Source of the DNA: Lama glama
Taxonomy: Eukaryota
Direction: 5' to 3'
DNA: 64,000 bases
NCBI GenBank assembly: GCA_028534125.1
Contig: CM052818.1
Span: 25,670,001 to 25,734,000, forward strand
The position numbers and the translations under genes were made by a program. The notes under the pieces were generated by a model. The model was not told the origin of the DNA, ran no database searches, and saw only the letters and a list, made by a program, of their open reading frames with translations. Shown piece after piece: positions 1 to 12,845 of the stretch. Positions within the stretch are counted from its first letter, which is position 1. Every line of letters starts with the position of its first letter.

Positions 1-959
1 ACATAATACAACGTCTGCTTCAGGTGCAATGTGCAGTCCTCAACTAAGGTCCTTTCTTCACAGTAACACAGCTAATGTCTCCAACAGCTTCCTTCCCATG
101 CCTTGGCTGGGCTAGGCTTTCTCAGTTAACCCCAAAGACAGAGACTCAAAATTACAGATTCTTCCTGGATATTTTGATCCTGCACTTTTAAGTCCTACCA
201 TGAGTAAGGCACACAGACAGTTAAACTCAGACTAATGCTTCTTATAAAAGTGAATCTTGGAGGAAAGGCTGGCTCTAACAGAGTAAGGGTCAGACCCCTC
301 TTTGTCCATCAGGGACCCAAGAAATGCTCTGGAAGACTAAAGTGGAGGCAGAGAAGGGGACTTGAATTCACATGACCTGACCTCAAGTCCTGGCTAAAAT
401 TTTTCCTAGCTGGGTGCCTTTATAGGTGGGTCATTTAACCCTCTCTAAGTCCCAGCTGGCTCACTTCTCAGTCTACTGCCTTAATAAGGCAGAGATATCC
501 CTCTGCCAGCATGTTGCATGAGCTCAGTGACCTCTGAAACCTAAGTGCTGCACAGGGCAAAGTGGTTTGAGGTAGGGAAGGAGGGAAAGAAAAGGAATGA
601 GAGTAGGATCAAAGGAAGGGTGAGAAGTAGAAAGAAACAGGAAGGGTAGAGAGATGGAGCTAACAGAGCACAAGGAGCCTGGGTACCACTTCTAGGCTAG
701 GGTCAGTGCTTAGATGATGACATTGGTGGTTGGGACCTCTTCACTACACAGAACAAAACTGGTCATTAGACCTGGCTTAGAGCCAGTCATTGGAAAAGAA
801 AATCGATATTCAGACTGATGATCATGACAGCTACCATTTGTATGATTTTAATTCACCAGATCACATTTAGCGCCTCTAAATCTTCATCTCATCTCTGCAT
901 AGGAGACAGGCTGCTGGAGGGGGTCCCAGCCTGGCCCTGGAGCAGGTCTTCACACTTCC

Positions 960-1037
960 TTAAGCCACAGAAAACTTGAACCAAGTGGTGTGGTCATAGT
1001 CCTCGCCAGGCTTCAGCAGCACAGGAGGGAAGTGGGG
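960..1037 (-). CDS. GALM: GALM coding part of last exon 7 ([25 protein letters not shown])
   Basis: Acceptor cttcacag|CCC, stop TAA at 962-960; 78 nt. The 3' UTR continues toward position 1. Confidence 0.97.
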   Translation of the reverse strand, partial: PHFPPVLLKPGEDYDHTTWFKFSVA

Positions 1038-4000
1038 CTGTGAAGGGGAAAACAATACAGGATACACCTTGCCAACTTGGGTTGGGTTGTACCCTTAACC
1101 ATTTAGGATGGCTTCTGAACTGGTCTCTAGACCAGCTCTGTGAACCAGTTGCCAGTGTAAGAGCTATTTATTACTGGTTTGCAATGAGATAAGGAACTTG
1201 AGCCAGAATAAAAACCATCCACATCACTAAGTATGCTTTGTCACAGCGAAGACTTTCTTAATGAAAGAAGCAGTGTTGATTTACATTCTGGTGTAAACTG
1301 CAAGTGTCTTATGGGCTGGAGCTTTGAGAAGCATTACTCTAGCAATAACTAGAAAAGAAAGTTCAGAAGAAGCAAATAAGAAAATATGGAGGATCATCTT
1401 AATCATGTGGCTGCATAAAATTAGTAGGTATTGACAAGGAGAAACATTAAATTGCAGAAAGACTTTGAAGGTATAAACTACAAGATTTTTAGCGGGGAGG
1501 GTATATCTCAAGTGGGAGTGCACGCTTAGCATGCCTGAGGTCCTTGGTTCAATCCCAGTATCTCCTCTAAGCATAAATAAATAAACCTAATTACCTACCC
1601 CCTCCAAGAAAAAATTAAAAATTTTTTTTAAATACGAAATTTTTTAAAAAACGTGACTGCCATGTTAGTAACTTGACTGTTTCCTGTGCTTATCATGACT
1701 TAGAGAAAAGAATACACACAGACTTCTCAATCACACAGACCTGACTTGTGTCGTGACCTCTGTCATGTGGTGTGACCTTGGCTACAATACCATTTTGACA
1801 AACTGGCCTGTGGATTTACCTGATTGACTGCATCAGGCCAGTTCTGAGTCTCGAGGCAGAAACCGGAGTGCTTGGGATAGACCGCTCCACTCTTGCCCTT
1901 CAGCGTGCCGTCCAGGAAGTTGCCCGTGTAAAACTGCACCCCAGGCTGGGTGGTGTACACTTCCAGTACCCGCCCACTTCCAGCATGATGGACCCTGGAG
2001 ATAAAGCCAAAGCACATGTATATATACAGGTTCAGGGTGGAAAAGCAGGCAAGGACACAGAAGTTGGGAGGCAGCTTTGAGACAGGAATCAGACCCAGTC
2101 ACAGAGCAGGGACAAGGTGGGGGAAGGGGGGGATACATTCATCTGAGGAATGGAAGCTTTGAAAAGACATGGGATGTGGTACTTGGTCCCCTGTAGTAAC
2201 GTAAATGGCATGGACATAGCCAGAGGAAAAGCTCCCCAAACAGAAGTTGGTATCTCTCCTTCCTAAAAGAGGCAGCAAGTGAAAAGTACCTACCGTGCAC
2301 AAAAATGCTTTTCTTTAGATCCCTTTAGACAGAAATTGTGGTCAAAGCCATTGATGTGGAACTCCTGCAGATGTTTTCCAAGCTCCACTGGCTTCCTCAG
2401 GTCAAATGCAGTTCCTTGCACTGGAGCAACTTCTCCTGGTGGAAAGAGGCAGAAAAAAAGAGTGATAAATGCCTAAATAAAATCTTTATTTAAAGACCCA
2501 CTAGTTCTACCCTCTCAGCCTTCAGTTCAATTTGTAAAGGTGATAGGAACCCAGATTCTAAGGAGAATAAATTATTGGGTTTCCTTAATTGTAAGATGCT
2601 ATTGATTGCAAGATGCAGTAGCTATAACATTCATAATCATTCAAGTGTGAAAACAGTACAAAAATCAAGGAAACGCATAATTTTCATTAAGGAATGAGCT
2701 GGATAAAGGGTTGTCCTAACCGTTGAGTCAATCACCCTGAAGACATTTCTTGCTTTAATGCTGAAATATCTCAGGGCTCATAACCAAGCTTGAGCACCTG
2801 GCACTGGCTAACCAGATGCTTAAAATGCCCCTGAGATTAGTGGTTCTCAAACCATTTGGCGCCATCAGTAGCCAAAGGGACACTGATAACCACTCTCCCC
2901 TAATCACTTCCCTGATCAGTCTGTAAACGCTAAGCCTAGGAGGGGGCTGTTAATAATAACACTGGGACAAATGAGTTAACAGGGACAGTTTGGGGAAAAC
3001 TAAGATATATGGCCACTTTTAGCCAATTTTAGATTCAATCCTTTGAATGAAAGCTTTGTCTCTAGGAGTGATTCCTTGGAAGAGTTAGAGTTGACAAGCA
3101 CTGCCCCCATCCTGTTTGTAAGCCAGATTCTTCAACCTGTAAGGGCAGTGTATTTGTCCTTATCAAGGTGGGACATTCTGAAGCCTCTTCACAATGATAT
3201 GGGTGGGTGGCCAGTCCTGAGGGAGGACACTGCTGTGTGAGGACCCTCAATTCTTAAAGGGCAAAGCATAGAAGGAACCTGGATAGGAGCCCCACCCTGG
3301 TGGTTATTATATAACCAACAATGCCCAATCAAGAACATCCCTTTGTGGTATTACAGAACTCAAGGGTGTTGGGACCAGAAGAGTTCTCAGAGCTCACCTG
3401 GTCCAAACCACTCGTGTAACAGATGAGGAAACAGACCCACATACTTGATACATCAAACAACAACCTGTGATGTTGATATACTGTATGTCATCAACTTTTT
3501 GTGTGTGTGGAGAGGGGGAGGCAATTGGGTTTTATGTATGTTTTTTTGATGGAGGTATTGAAGACTGAACCTAGGACTGGATGCTAAGCATGCACTCTAC
3601 CACTTGAGCTATACCCTCCCACCTGTATGTCATCAACTTAAGACACTCATTTTCATATTTTAAAATTTCTGAAATCATGTCATAGTTTAACTGGCAGAGG
3701 TGTTTTTTTTTCCTTCATGGTATGTAAAATAAGGGTGAACTTTACAATTGATGGCATCTTAGAGTTGATAAAATACGTGAAAACAGTTTAGCACGTCTTC
3801 TGCTCTACTAAAACCACTGAAATCAGGGCCTTGAGTGTGAAAAAGAGGAATCGGGATTATCTTGTAATTTCACTGGAGATCCAAAGGAGAGAGAGAATTT
3901 CTCAACAGACAGTCGTCTAGACACATTTGCCGAAAGGCTACAATAGGGGCTTTACATTCTTCTGAATATTGTGCCATTTGGCTTTACCAGCTTTCCTTCT

Positions 4001-4543
4001 CCTCCTAACTTTCGGGTCTGTTCTTCGCTAGATGCTAGGCCGAACCATCTCAAACAGGGTATGCTGGTATTTTGAACTTAGTTAAGAAAGTCTAGGAAAA
4101 GTGAGGAAGCTTCCTCCTGGTCGGAATATTCTTGGAATGTATCAGAGCTAGAGCAGTGGACTAGGAGCCATTCACCAAGTCACTCTTTTGGTTGATCAAC
4201 ACTTAATAAATACCTACTGTATGCCAGGCACTCTGATGGGCAGGGACACTACATAGGTAAATGAGACAGGGAACCTGCCTTCTTAAGCCACTTGTCTGGA
4301 GGAGGGAATGGACATAAAAGCAGCTCATGATCCTAAGAGTGTGAGGAGTGCTCTAGTAGAAGCACAGCTGTAAGAAAGAAGGCAGACAGTGGGACTGGGC
4401 TGGCTTAGATGTGGCAGACTAGGGAGATGTCACGGATGAAAGTAAAAGTGGTCAAGCTGAGACCTGAGGTGAGATCATATTAGGTTGAATGGGCGAAGAA
4501 GGTTGAATAATATTCGATGTGGAGGAAACAGCTTGAGTACAAG

Positions 4544-4605
<62 letters not shown>

Positions 4606-7600
4606 TGGTGGTGTCAAATGCCTCAGATGAGGAAAGAGATTAAGTTAGATGGAGTCATGTCTTTGAGCCTAGGGTTTTTCATCAGTATGACAAATAAGCT
4701 AATTTATCACTGACTTTCAGCCTCCACCTCACTGCTGCCAAATTAATTATGTCAGAGGGAAGCTCAATACACACATAAAATAAATATACATATACAGTTG
4801 ACCCTTGAACAATGTGGGTCTGAAATACATGGGTCCACCTATACACGGATTTTTTTCAATAATACTTAGCTACAGTAATGCACTGTCCTTGATTGGTTGA
4901 ATCCGCAGATTTGAAGGGCTGACTATAAATCTATATAGATTTTCAACTGCATGGAGGTTCGGTGTCCCTTGTTCAAGGGTCAACTGTATACAATATAAAA
5001 TACATAAATATAAAAGCCAGAGTGAAGCCAGTACAGGCTCTGAGCAGCAGAGCTGGCAAACCCTGGGAACAAATGACAGCAGAGGGGCACACCACCCAAC
5101 CTCTAAAAGTATGACCCGCTTAGGAGTGAGAAGCCCCTGGTCCTTGGATCTTGCCCCAGATACGAAGAATCCCAGGCTCCTCTGCAGCAGGCAAAGCAAT
5201 CTGGCCAATCTTTTTCAAGGGGGAAAGAAGAAAGGGACTCTGTTTCAGAGCCTTACACAATGATACAGTTTAGTCCCTTTAAGAGCTTTTGTATTGTCCC
5301 AGAACTGTATCATATATTTTAAAGGTAAGTACAAACATTAGGTATTTAACATACTTTTTTAGGGTGAGTTATTTTCCCTTTCATGTGGTCAGATGGAGAT
5401 GTTTTAGGAACTTGGTTTTCGCTATTTTTAGAGGAGAGATATAGCATGCAAAGTGGGGCTGGACTCTTCGGAGGCTAAGGAAAATCAGGAACTTGTACCT
5501 TACCTTTTAAAGAATTAAATGAGTAAAAGGAGAACTGACTTTTAGTCATTTAAAGCATTTGGTTCTGCTTCTGTGAGTTCCTGAATACTGAGAAGAAACA
5601 TGAACCTCATGTCTTTGGGTGAAAAGAGGGTATCATCCTTTTCTTAACTCAGAGCTGCTGCTGAGAAATGTAGTCTTCCTTGGTGTGTGAGGACTGGGGT
5701 CTGAGTGCTCCCAGGGGAGCACCTGAGGGAGACATGGAGGGCTGGCCAAGACCATTCTAGAGTCTGGCGTCTACTGTTCAACCAAGAGAATCCTTCTCTT
5801 TTACCAGAGTTACCTTTAGGAAAAATTAAGTAATGTTCTATTTGAAAACATCCTTTAAAAGCATCTATTTCCTTTACCTTGCTTCTGTTTTTCCAAAAAG
5901 GAATTCTTGAGTAGGTAATATTTGCACATGTAATCAATTTAAAAGGTAACAAATATGAAAGTGCACAAAATAGAAATCTACAGTAAAAGAATTTCTCTCC
6001 TCTTTGTGCCCCACAGATCCAGTTCCCTTCAGCAGAAGCAACCACTGTTACTTGTTTCTCATGCCCCCGTCCAGCGATACTGCAAGGATATCCAAGCATG
6101 TAAGTGCACATCCATGTACACCCACAAATATGCAGCCTGTTTCCACATTGATTTTTTTCAGTTTATCTTGGAGGTTGTTGCTGAATTTATTCCTAGATAT
6201 TTCATTAGACCACTCCATATGCACTCATGTTTTTCTCTATTTTTCTATGATAATCTCTTTAAAGTTTCTTTTCAGGGGTCACATTTGCAAATTGACCTGT
6301 TTTCCCAGGAAATTATCCATTTCATCTATATCACCAGAGATAAGACTGGGAAATTTGACAAGTGAGCAGAAGGAGTGAATCAAGCTGACCAGAGAGAGTA
6401 GGAGCCCCAGGCGTCACAAAGTACCCATCGGAAGTGAGTTATTCATTTAAACTGACAGTAATTTGCTCCATTTTGTGGTGTTCTGCAGCCATTCCTGGAG
6501 AGGTTGGTATACAAACTGTTCAGTTTTTGAGGTGTGTGTGATGAGAGGAGAGGAGGGTAAAACAGGTAAAGACAGTGGCAGGGGAATGATGATATTGAGA
6601 AGTCATGGATTGTAAGTCATGAAGATTTAAGTGATGTTAAGAGAGGACAGATGAACACAAGGAAAAAATAAGTAGCTGGATTAACAGATTGGCGGCCTTC
6701 ACAAGGCTGAAGAATTCCTGGCAAGACAGGAAGATGTGATCTAAAAATTGTATCTGCAAAATCATGATTTTTGGAAGGGGTGCAGGGACTTGGAGATGAA
6801 ATCATGGGCACATGGGCTGAAGTGCAGCTAAGAAAGGTCAGAGTTGATGGGCAGGGCGCTGGGTGAGCAGCTTATCTGCATCTGGGAGTTACTAAGCTCA
6901 ATGACATGGATTGCAAGAGACAAAGAGACATGGATCAGGTGCTAAAGTCTCTGGTGAACAAGGGAAAGTGACAGAAGAGGAAGGGTAGGGGAATAACTGT
7001 TGGAAGCAGCAATGGCTAACAAGAAGGACCATTCTTCTCCCATCGGGCCCTGAGCTGTGGGAGAGTGAGAGGCACACAATTGCCTGGGGTCTCCACTCAG
7101 GCCAAGGGTTACAGGAACTACTAGAGGAGCATTTGAGGACATGGATGAGTCTGCCGGTCACTTAGTGGAAGTTCTTGGTGGTGGAGTGTAGGGGTTGGGA
7201 AGGAGGGAAGGAGTAAAGTGTTGGTTAATGAGGGGATGTATAAATAGGCTTTTATTTTTTTAAACAGCACTAACATTGCTGATTGGTAAATATTTCTAGG
7301 ACAATATTGTCTGTGTTATATTTTGTAAAACTGCCTGAGGTTTTCTTCATCTTAGATATGGTCATTTTTTGGTGAACTTTCATTGTGAATTGCATCTTTT
7401 ATCATTACAAGTTATCTTCCTTTATGTAATTTAATGCTTTCTTCCTGAAATCAGCCTTTACTGAGGTTCGGAGTGAGACCCCCTGCTATTTGGTTTTCAC
7501 TTGCTTGGTTTGCTTTTGAATTCTCGTATTTTCAACCTTTCTGAGTTACCTGGTTTGCACATAGCATTCTCTTGGGTTTTACTTTGTGATTTAACCTGAG

Positions 7601-10600
7601 AGATTGTTTAATAGGGACATTGTATGGCATTAATATGACATATGTATATTATAAGCGTTTTTAGTTTCTCATATTTTATGGTATGCTTTCTGTGTTTATG
7701 AATTCTAGCGGCTTCTAAAAATATCTTTAACAATATGGTCTATGTTTGTGTGTGTGTGTGTGTGTGTTCTGATAATTTAGAAAGTCTGTCCTTTTGTTTT
7801 AGTGCTTACATCTAAATACAAGTAACTGCAATATAATATACTTAATCCTCTGTTTCTTAGCCAAAGTCTGCTAAACTTCTCTTCCCTCCTCTTTGCTCCC
7901 CTTTGCTTCCTGAGTTGGGTTTCTGATACCCTCAAATGTAATTCTAAGGAAGGCTCTTTGGTTTCCCGGTAGATGGCGCTAGAGACACAATGTAAAGAGC
8001 TTGCTTTATGAACATCCACCTTGTCCGAGTTCAGAGTCAGTCCTCTAAACCCTGAGCGGTTCTGCACGATAGCTGAACTTTTGGGATCTCTGAAGCCAAG
8101 TCCTGGATGCTGCTGGGCCCACTTGGGTGCTACTGTCCTGTAAAGTCTGGCTGATCAACCACCTCCCACACTGACTTTAAAAAGACAACAGTGTTTTCTT
8201 ACGAAACAATGAGATTGGGAAAAAGAAGCAGCTGCTGCCTTGGGCCCAGGAAGATTTCAGTCTCACCAACCCACATTCTGTGTGGTGACTTATGCTTTCT
8301 CCCTCAACTTACTATGGTGTTCACAACACTTAGTTCTTCCTTAAAGCTATTTGACTCAAAGTCTAACCCTTATGACAGTTCTAATGGGATTGCCCGGGTC
8401 AGTCAAGACTACTTATTTCTCTTGACTTTAAGGGAAAAAAAAGTCATGGAACTTTCATGAAGGAAGGATGTAGGGCATGTTTCATGTCTGTTTGCCTGAT
8501 ACTGAGCAATCTCAGTCAAATCAACAATGTTTACTTTAGCTTTTCTCTCTGAAAAATGAAGCTGCATTTATTTGCTGCCCTACACATTACATGGAAATAT
8601 CTGATAAATGATATGCTTGAACAATTTCAGGAGGATGTCTTAAACAAAAGGGGTAAATTTCAGGAAAAGATATAACACAAAGCAGAGTATATAGGGAGGG
8701 TAAGACATCAAGAATGGCAGGGAAACTCTGACTTAAAAATGAGAAACTTGGGATAATCCTAAAATGAGACTTTTGCTAAATGAGAAGAAAAAGAGAATGT
8801 TCCAGTCTATCTTTTCCAGCCTCATGCCCTAACACACTTCCTCGTGTGCCTGATGTTCCAGCATATGGGAAATGTGGAATTTGCCTGCCAGATTCACCAT
8901 GTCTTTGGGCCCTTTCTCCTAACTGGAATGACCTTTCTGTGCCCCTCCCCCCACCACACTCTGGCAAAGTCCACTGGCTCATTTAAGAATGCTTATTCTC
9001 TAATGCCCTTTCCTCTGTGAAGGACTGTAATCGCCACAGCTACAACTAATCCCCTGTTCTACTTTATCACACTTAAAACATACTTCCCCCAAAACATTCA
9101 TCTCATTAAGGCATGATTATAGGATTGCATTAAGCTAGCTATCTATAAGGAATTTGAGCCCTTGAAGGGTAAGGATTGTGTCCTGTTGACTTTTGTACCC
9201 TCTAAGCATTAAGCATTAAGAGCCTTTACTTGATTAAAAAACTGATGAATGAATGAAGTAGAGGCAGAAAAAAACAGGGGCAACTATGAATGTTGTAGCA
9301 TCCTGTGGAATTACCTCATCCAGTTCCCTTGCTCTGCAGATGGTGAGGTTGGGACCCGGCCAGCTAAAGGGACTTGCCCGAAGTGACACATCTCCACAGT
9401 GTCAAAGTCTCCAGGCCCCACTCAGACACTTTCCACCTTGCCCTGGAGTGACTTGGTTGCAGCCCCTCCCACCCTCAACCCTCAAGTATTCTTGATTTTT
9501 CTAAGAATTTGGAAAACAAACGTGCAGTTCTTTTAATTTTGGTTTATCTGCATATGTGAGTTTGTGCTTTGGTGCTAAGAATAGAAGGAGATGTCAAAAT
9601 AGCTCTCTCAGCAGCTCTGAGTGTACAGAAAGTGAAGCGGAAATGGAAAGGGTGCCTTCAGAGAGGATGTCACGTCACCAGATTTGTTTTGAAGTCACCA
9701 GAAAGCTGTGGTGTTGGCAGAGAGAAGCTGTTTTCTGAAGAGGATTTCTTATTCTCCTGTGTAAAGCTGGCTGGGTATGCGCTGAGGTCTGAGCAGCAAA
9801 GCCTGGCAGATGGTAGGTTCAGACCCAAAGATGCGGGGTTACAGCGCTGGGACAGGCAGGTGGCTTAAGGCTGTATTTCTCTTTCTCCATTTCAGGGGAA
9901 GTCAGACTGCAGGAACCACTAAGGACCCACTTGAGGTTACTGTCATGAATTTTGGGTGAGACCAATAGCTGTGTGGTGGCAGCTGCAGAGGGTGTGTGTG
10001 GAGGGGTAGGATTAATCAGGGCTGTTAAGAGAATACAAAGAAAAAGGAGAGGGGCAAGGGAGCTGAGAGCATATGGAAAGAGGTGATTCTAATGATGGGC
10101 TTCTGATCTAAGTGAGGGAGGAGGTGAACAGTAAAAGGGTGGTAGGATCAAGTGAATACAGGTTCTTGTGGCATGGAAGAATTACTGAGGCTGAAACAGA
10201 CTCCTTAAATAGTGATCATAGAAGGCTGCAGTAAGAGGTAATGACGAAGTCAAGGGTATGATCCAAAGACCATAGGAGTGAGTAGCTGAGAAGGTTGGAG
10301 GACAAGATCATTGGAAGAGGGGATGTAAGAAGCTGCGAGGTCAGGGGTAGTATCAATATAGAAAATGAAATAAGAATTATGACAAGAGTGGTGTTGGAGT
10401 GACAGTGAGCCAGGAATGAGGTCAAATCTATAGATGACCTCAACAAAGAGATCTCATGTGAGTGTCACTCTGGCAACTACAGCTGCCTGGTCCTTGCAGG
10501 AAGATGATGTAGACCTGAGTATTAGAAACAGGAGTCAATGAAACATTCCAGATCTCTGGCACAAGGCCTTAAATCTTCCTCTATTTGCATTCCTGACAGA

Positions 10601-12805
10601 GTTATAATAACCTGCCCTATGGAAGTGAAGGAAAAACTCACTGCCTTCATGAAGTCCATTTGTCTTGATTCATGTCTCTCATCTCACATGTGGGATTCTT
10701 ACGCGGACTTGTCCTTTCCCCCATGACTACTCGCGGCCGACTGCATTTTTCAAAGAAAATGGCCATACTAGGATGTATCCCAACCCACAGGCTCTAGTTA
10801 CAATGCGACGTTGATATTCCTTCACTAAGAGGTAGAGTCTTTGTTCCCTCCCTTAAACCTGGATGGGCCTTTGCAACTGCCTCAACCAATAGTAAGTGGC
10901 ATTTGTGATGCTATGTGATCTCTAAGGGCCAGGTTATAAGCACAGAGTGGCTTTGGCTTGGCTTGTTCTCGCTCTCTCTCTCGCTCTCTTTCTTTCTCTC
11001 AGGACACTTGTTCTTGGACCCAGCTGCCATGTAGTAAGAAGCTCAAGCCACATCAAAGGGCCATGTGTGGGATGTTCTGGCTGAAAGCCCCCAACCGATA
11101 GCCAGAAGCAGCTGCCAGACACGCAAGTGAATGAGCCTTCTGGTGATCCCAGCCCTTGCCCTAATCTTCCAACAAAGGCCCTAGACAATATATGCTGGTA
11201 TGCAGGTCAAGACAAGTTACATGCACTCTAAATCCTGACCACAGAAACAATGAGCGATAATAAACGAGGGGCCAGAGTAATTTATTATATAGCAATAGGT
11301 AACTAGTATACTGCCTTGAATGTTTTCACCTCTTGGCACTTGACAGGTCTTAACAGGAGGTGAATGTGACCTCCCCTCGCCCCCCCACCCCCCGTTTTTT
11401 TCACTTAGTCAGAATTGCCTTTAGATGCTTCTACCATAAGACCATGAATCCTCACAAATACTTTTGGATGGGGAAAAAACAAATAGAAATTTGTTAGTTT
11501 ACTTACTTTTGAGTATCTTCTATGTACCAGGCATTAAACTGACCTCAGGGAATCTAGACTTTGATGAGACTGACCAAAAAATAAAAACTTACAGGAGAGT
11601 GTGACAAATGGCAGTGAGAGGTGGCATTCAAAGAGCTCTGATGGAGCAGGGAGAAGTAGCACCTAATGCAACCTGGGGAGTCTGGAAGGGTTTCCCAGAG
11701 GTGGTGACAGGAGGCTAATCTTGAAATGTAAGTTAGGACTGGCTCCCTGGACAAGGCACTGGACAGGACACGCACAGGAATGAACTGCTGTCACCCATGA
11801 ATGACAAGAGTGGTCATACGAGTATCACTTTGGCAGCTACAGCTGCCTCATTCTTGCATGAAGATGATGTAGACCTGATTATTGGAAATAAGATGCTCTA
11901 ACATTCCAGAGCTCTGTCACAAGGCATTAAATCTCACAGGAATGGACTCGCATCACCCATATTTGGGGCGTGGGCAAAACATATTGCTATTACACATAAC
12001 CTATGAGCTCCTAGCTCTAATTTTTGGGGCAAAAGACTTACGAAACACAGTGGAAGGTAAATTAGTCCTTGTGAACTCCTGATCAAACACTGACTACAGT
12101 GAAATGGTTTTTTGTGTAACATCTGGACATGAACACTCTCCTCATGAGAAAATTCACCTGTGGTGATGTAATTCCCGGCATCTGAAATAGCTCTTCTTCC
12201 TGCCTGGTGGCCCTAGTGCATGACTCCCCGAGAAGGTGAACAGACAGCCACTGTCAGAATCACTGAATCTTCATATTTACTTATTTTTAGCCTCTTCTTT
12301 CCTGGCAGGCCCTCTTTCAACCTCATCTTCGCACAACTCAGTAACACAAGTGCTAGAAGAAAACCACAGTCCCTGCAGACAGTCCCCAGCACAGGTTAAG
12401 TCCTGTTTATAACAACAAAAATCATTCTGGGAAAAGAGAAGAGAGGAAAAGAAAAGCTGGCATAGACTTTCCAGAAAAATTTGGTGGGGGAGGTGAGGGG
12501 AGGGAGGAAGAAGTTTTCTCTTATAATTTTTCTCCCTTAAAGAAGAAATAATTTTTAAAATGTTGAGTATGTTGTTTGAAAATTATTTTTTATATCTGTC
12601 CTATATGCCGATTTATAAATCTATGTAAGATGTCTTAGGATTTAGACAGACTTACTAACTGACCTTCTATAAGTTTCTATGCCTCTATAAGATTAAATTT
12701 CCCTACTTACAAAATGGAGCTAATATTGGTGTCTACCTAATACAGTGACTGTGATGTTTAATTGAGAGAATGCTATGAAGGAGGAGCACCTGGCACATAG
12801 TGTTC

Positions 12806-12845
<40 letters not shown>

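Noticed and set aside
847..852. ATTAAA (minus strand) as the GALM poly(A) signal ~110 nt after the stop
   Set aside because: A variant hexamer alone is not enough evidence; the 3' UTR may extend beyond the window start
2856..2874. Second CTCF-like motif (tggctactgatggcgcca on the minus strand)
   Set aside because: One base short in the core spacing relative to the CTCF consensus
5644..6378. Overlapping 124-155 aa ORFs
   Set aside because: Low-complexity composition and probably old L1-derived intronic DNA; no recognisable domain
10499..10518. C/D-box snoRNA suggested by ATGATG...CTGA in the duplicated unit
   Set aside because: The motifs are antisense to the host transcript, too close together and lack a terminal stem
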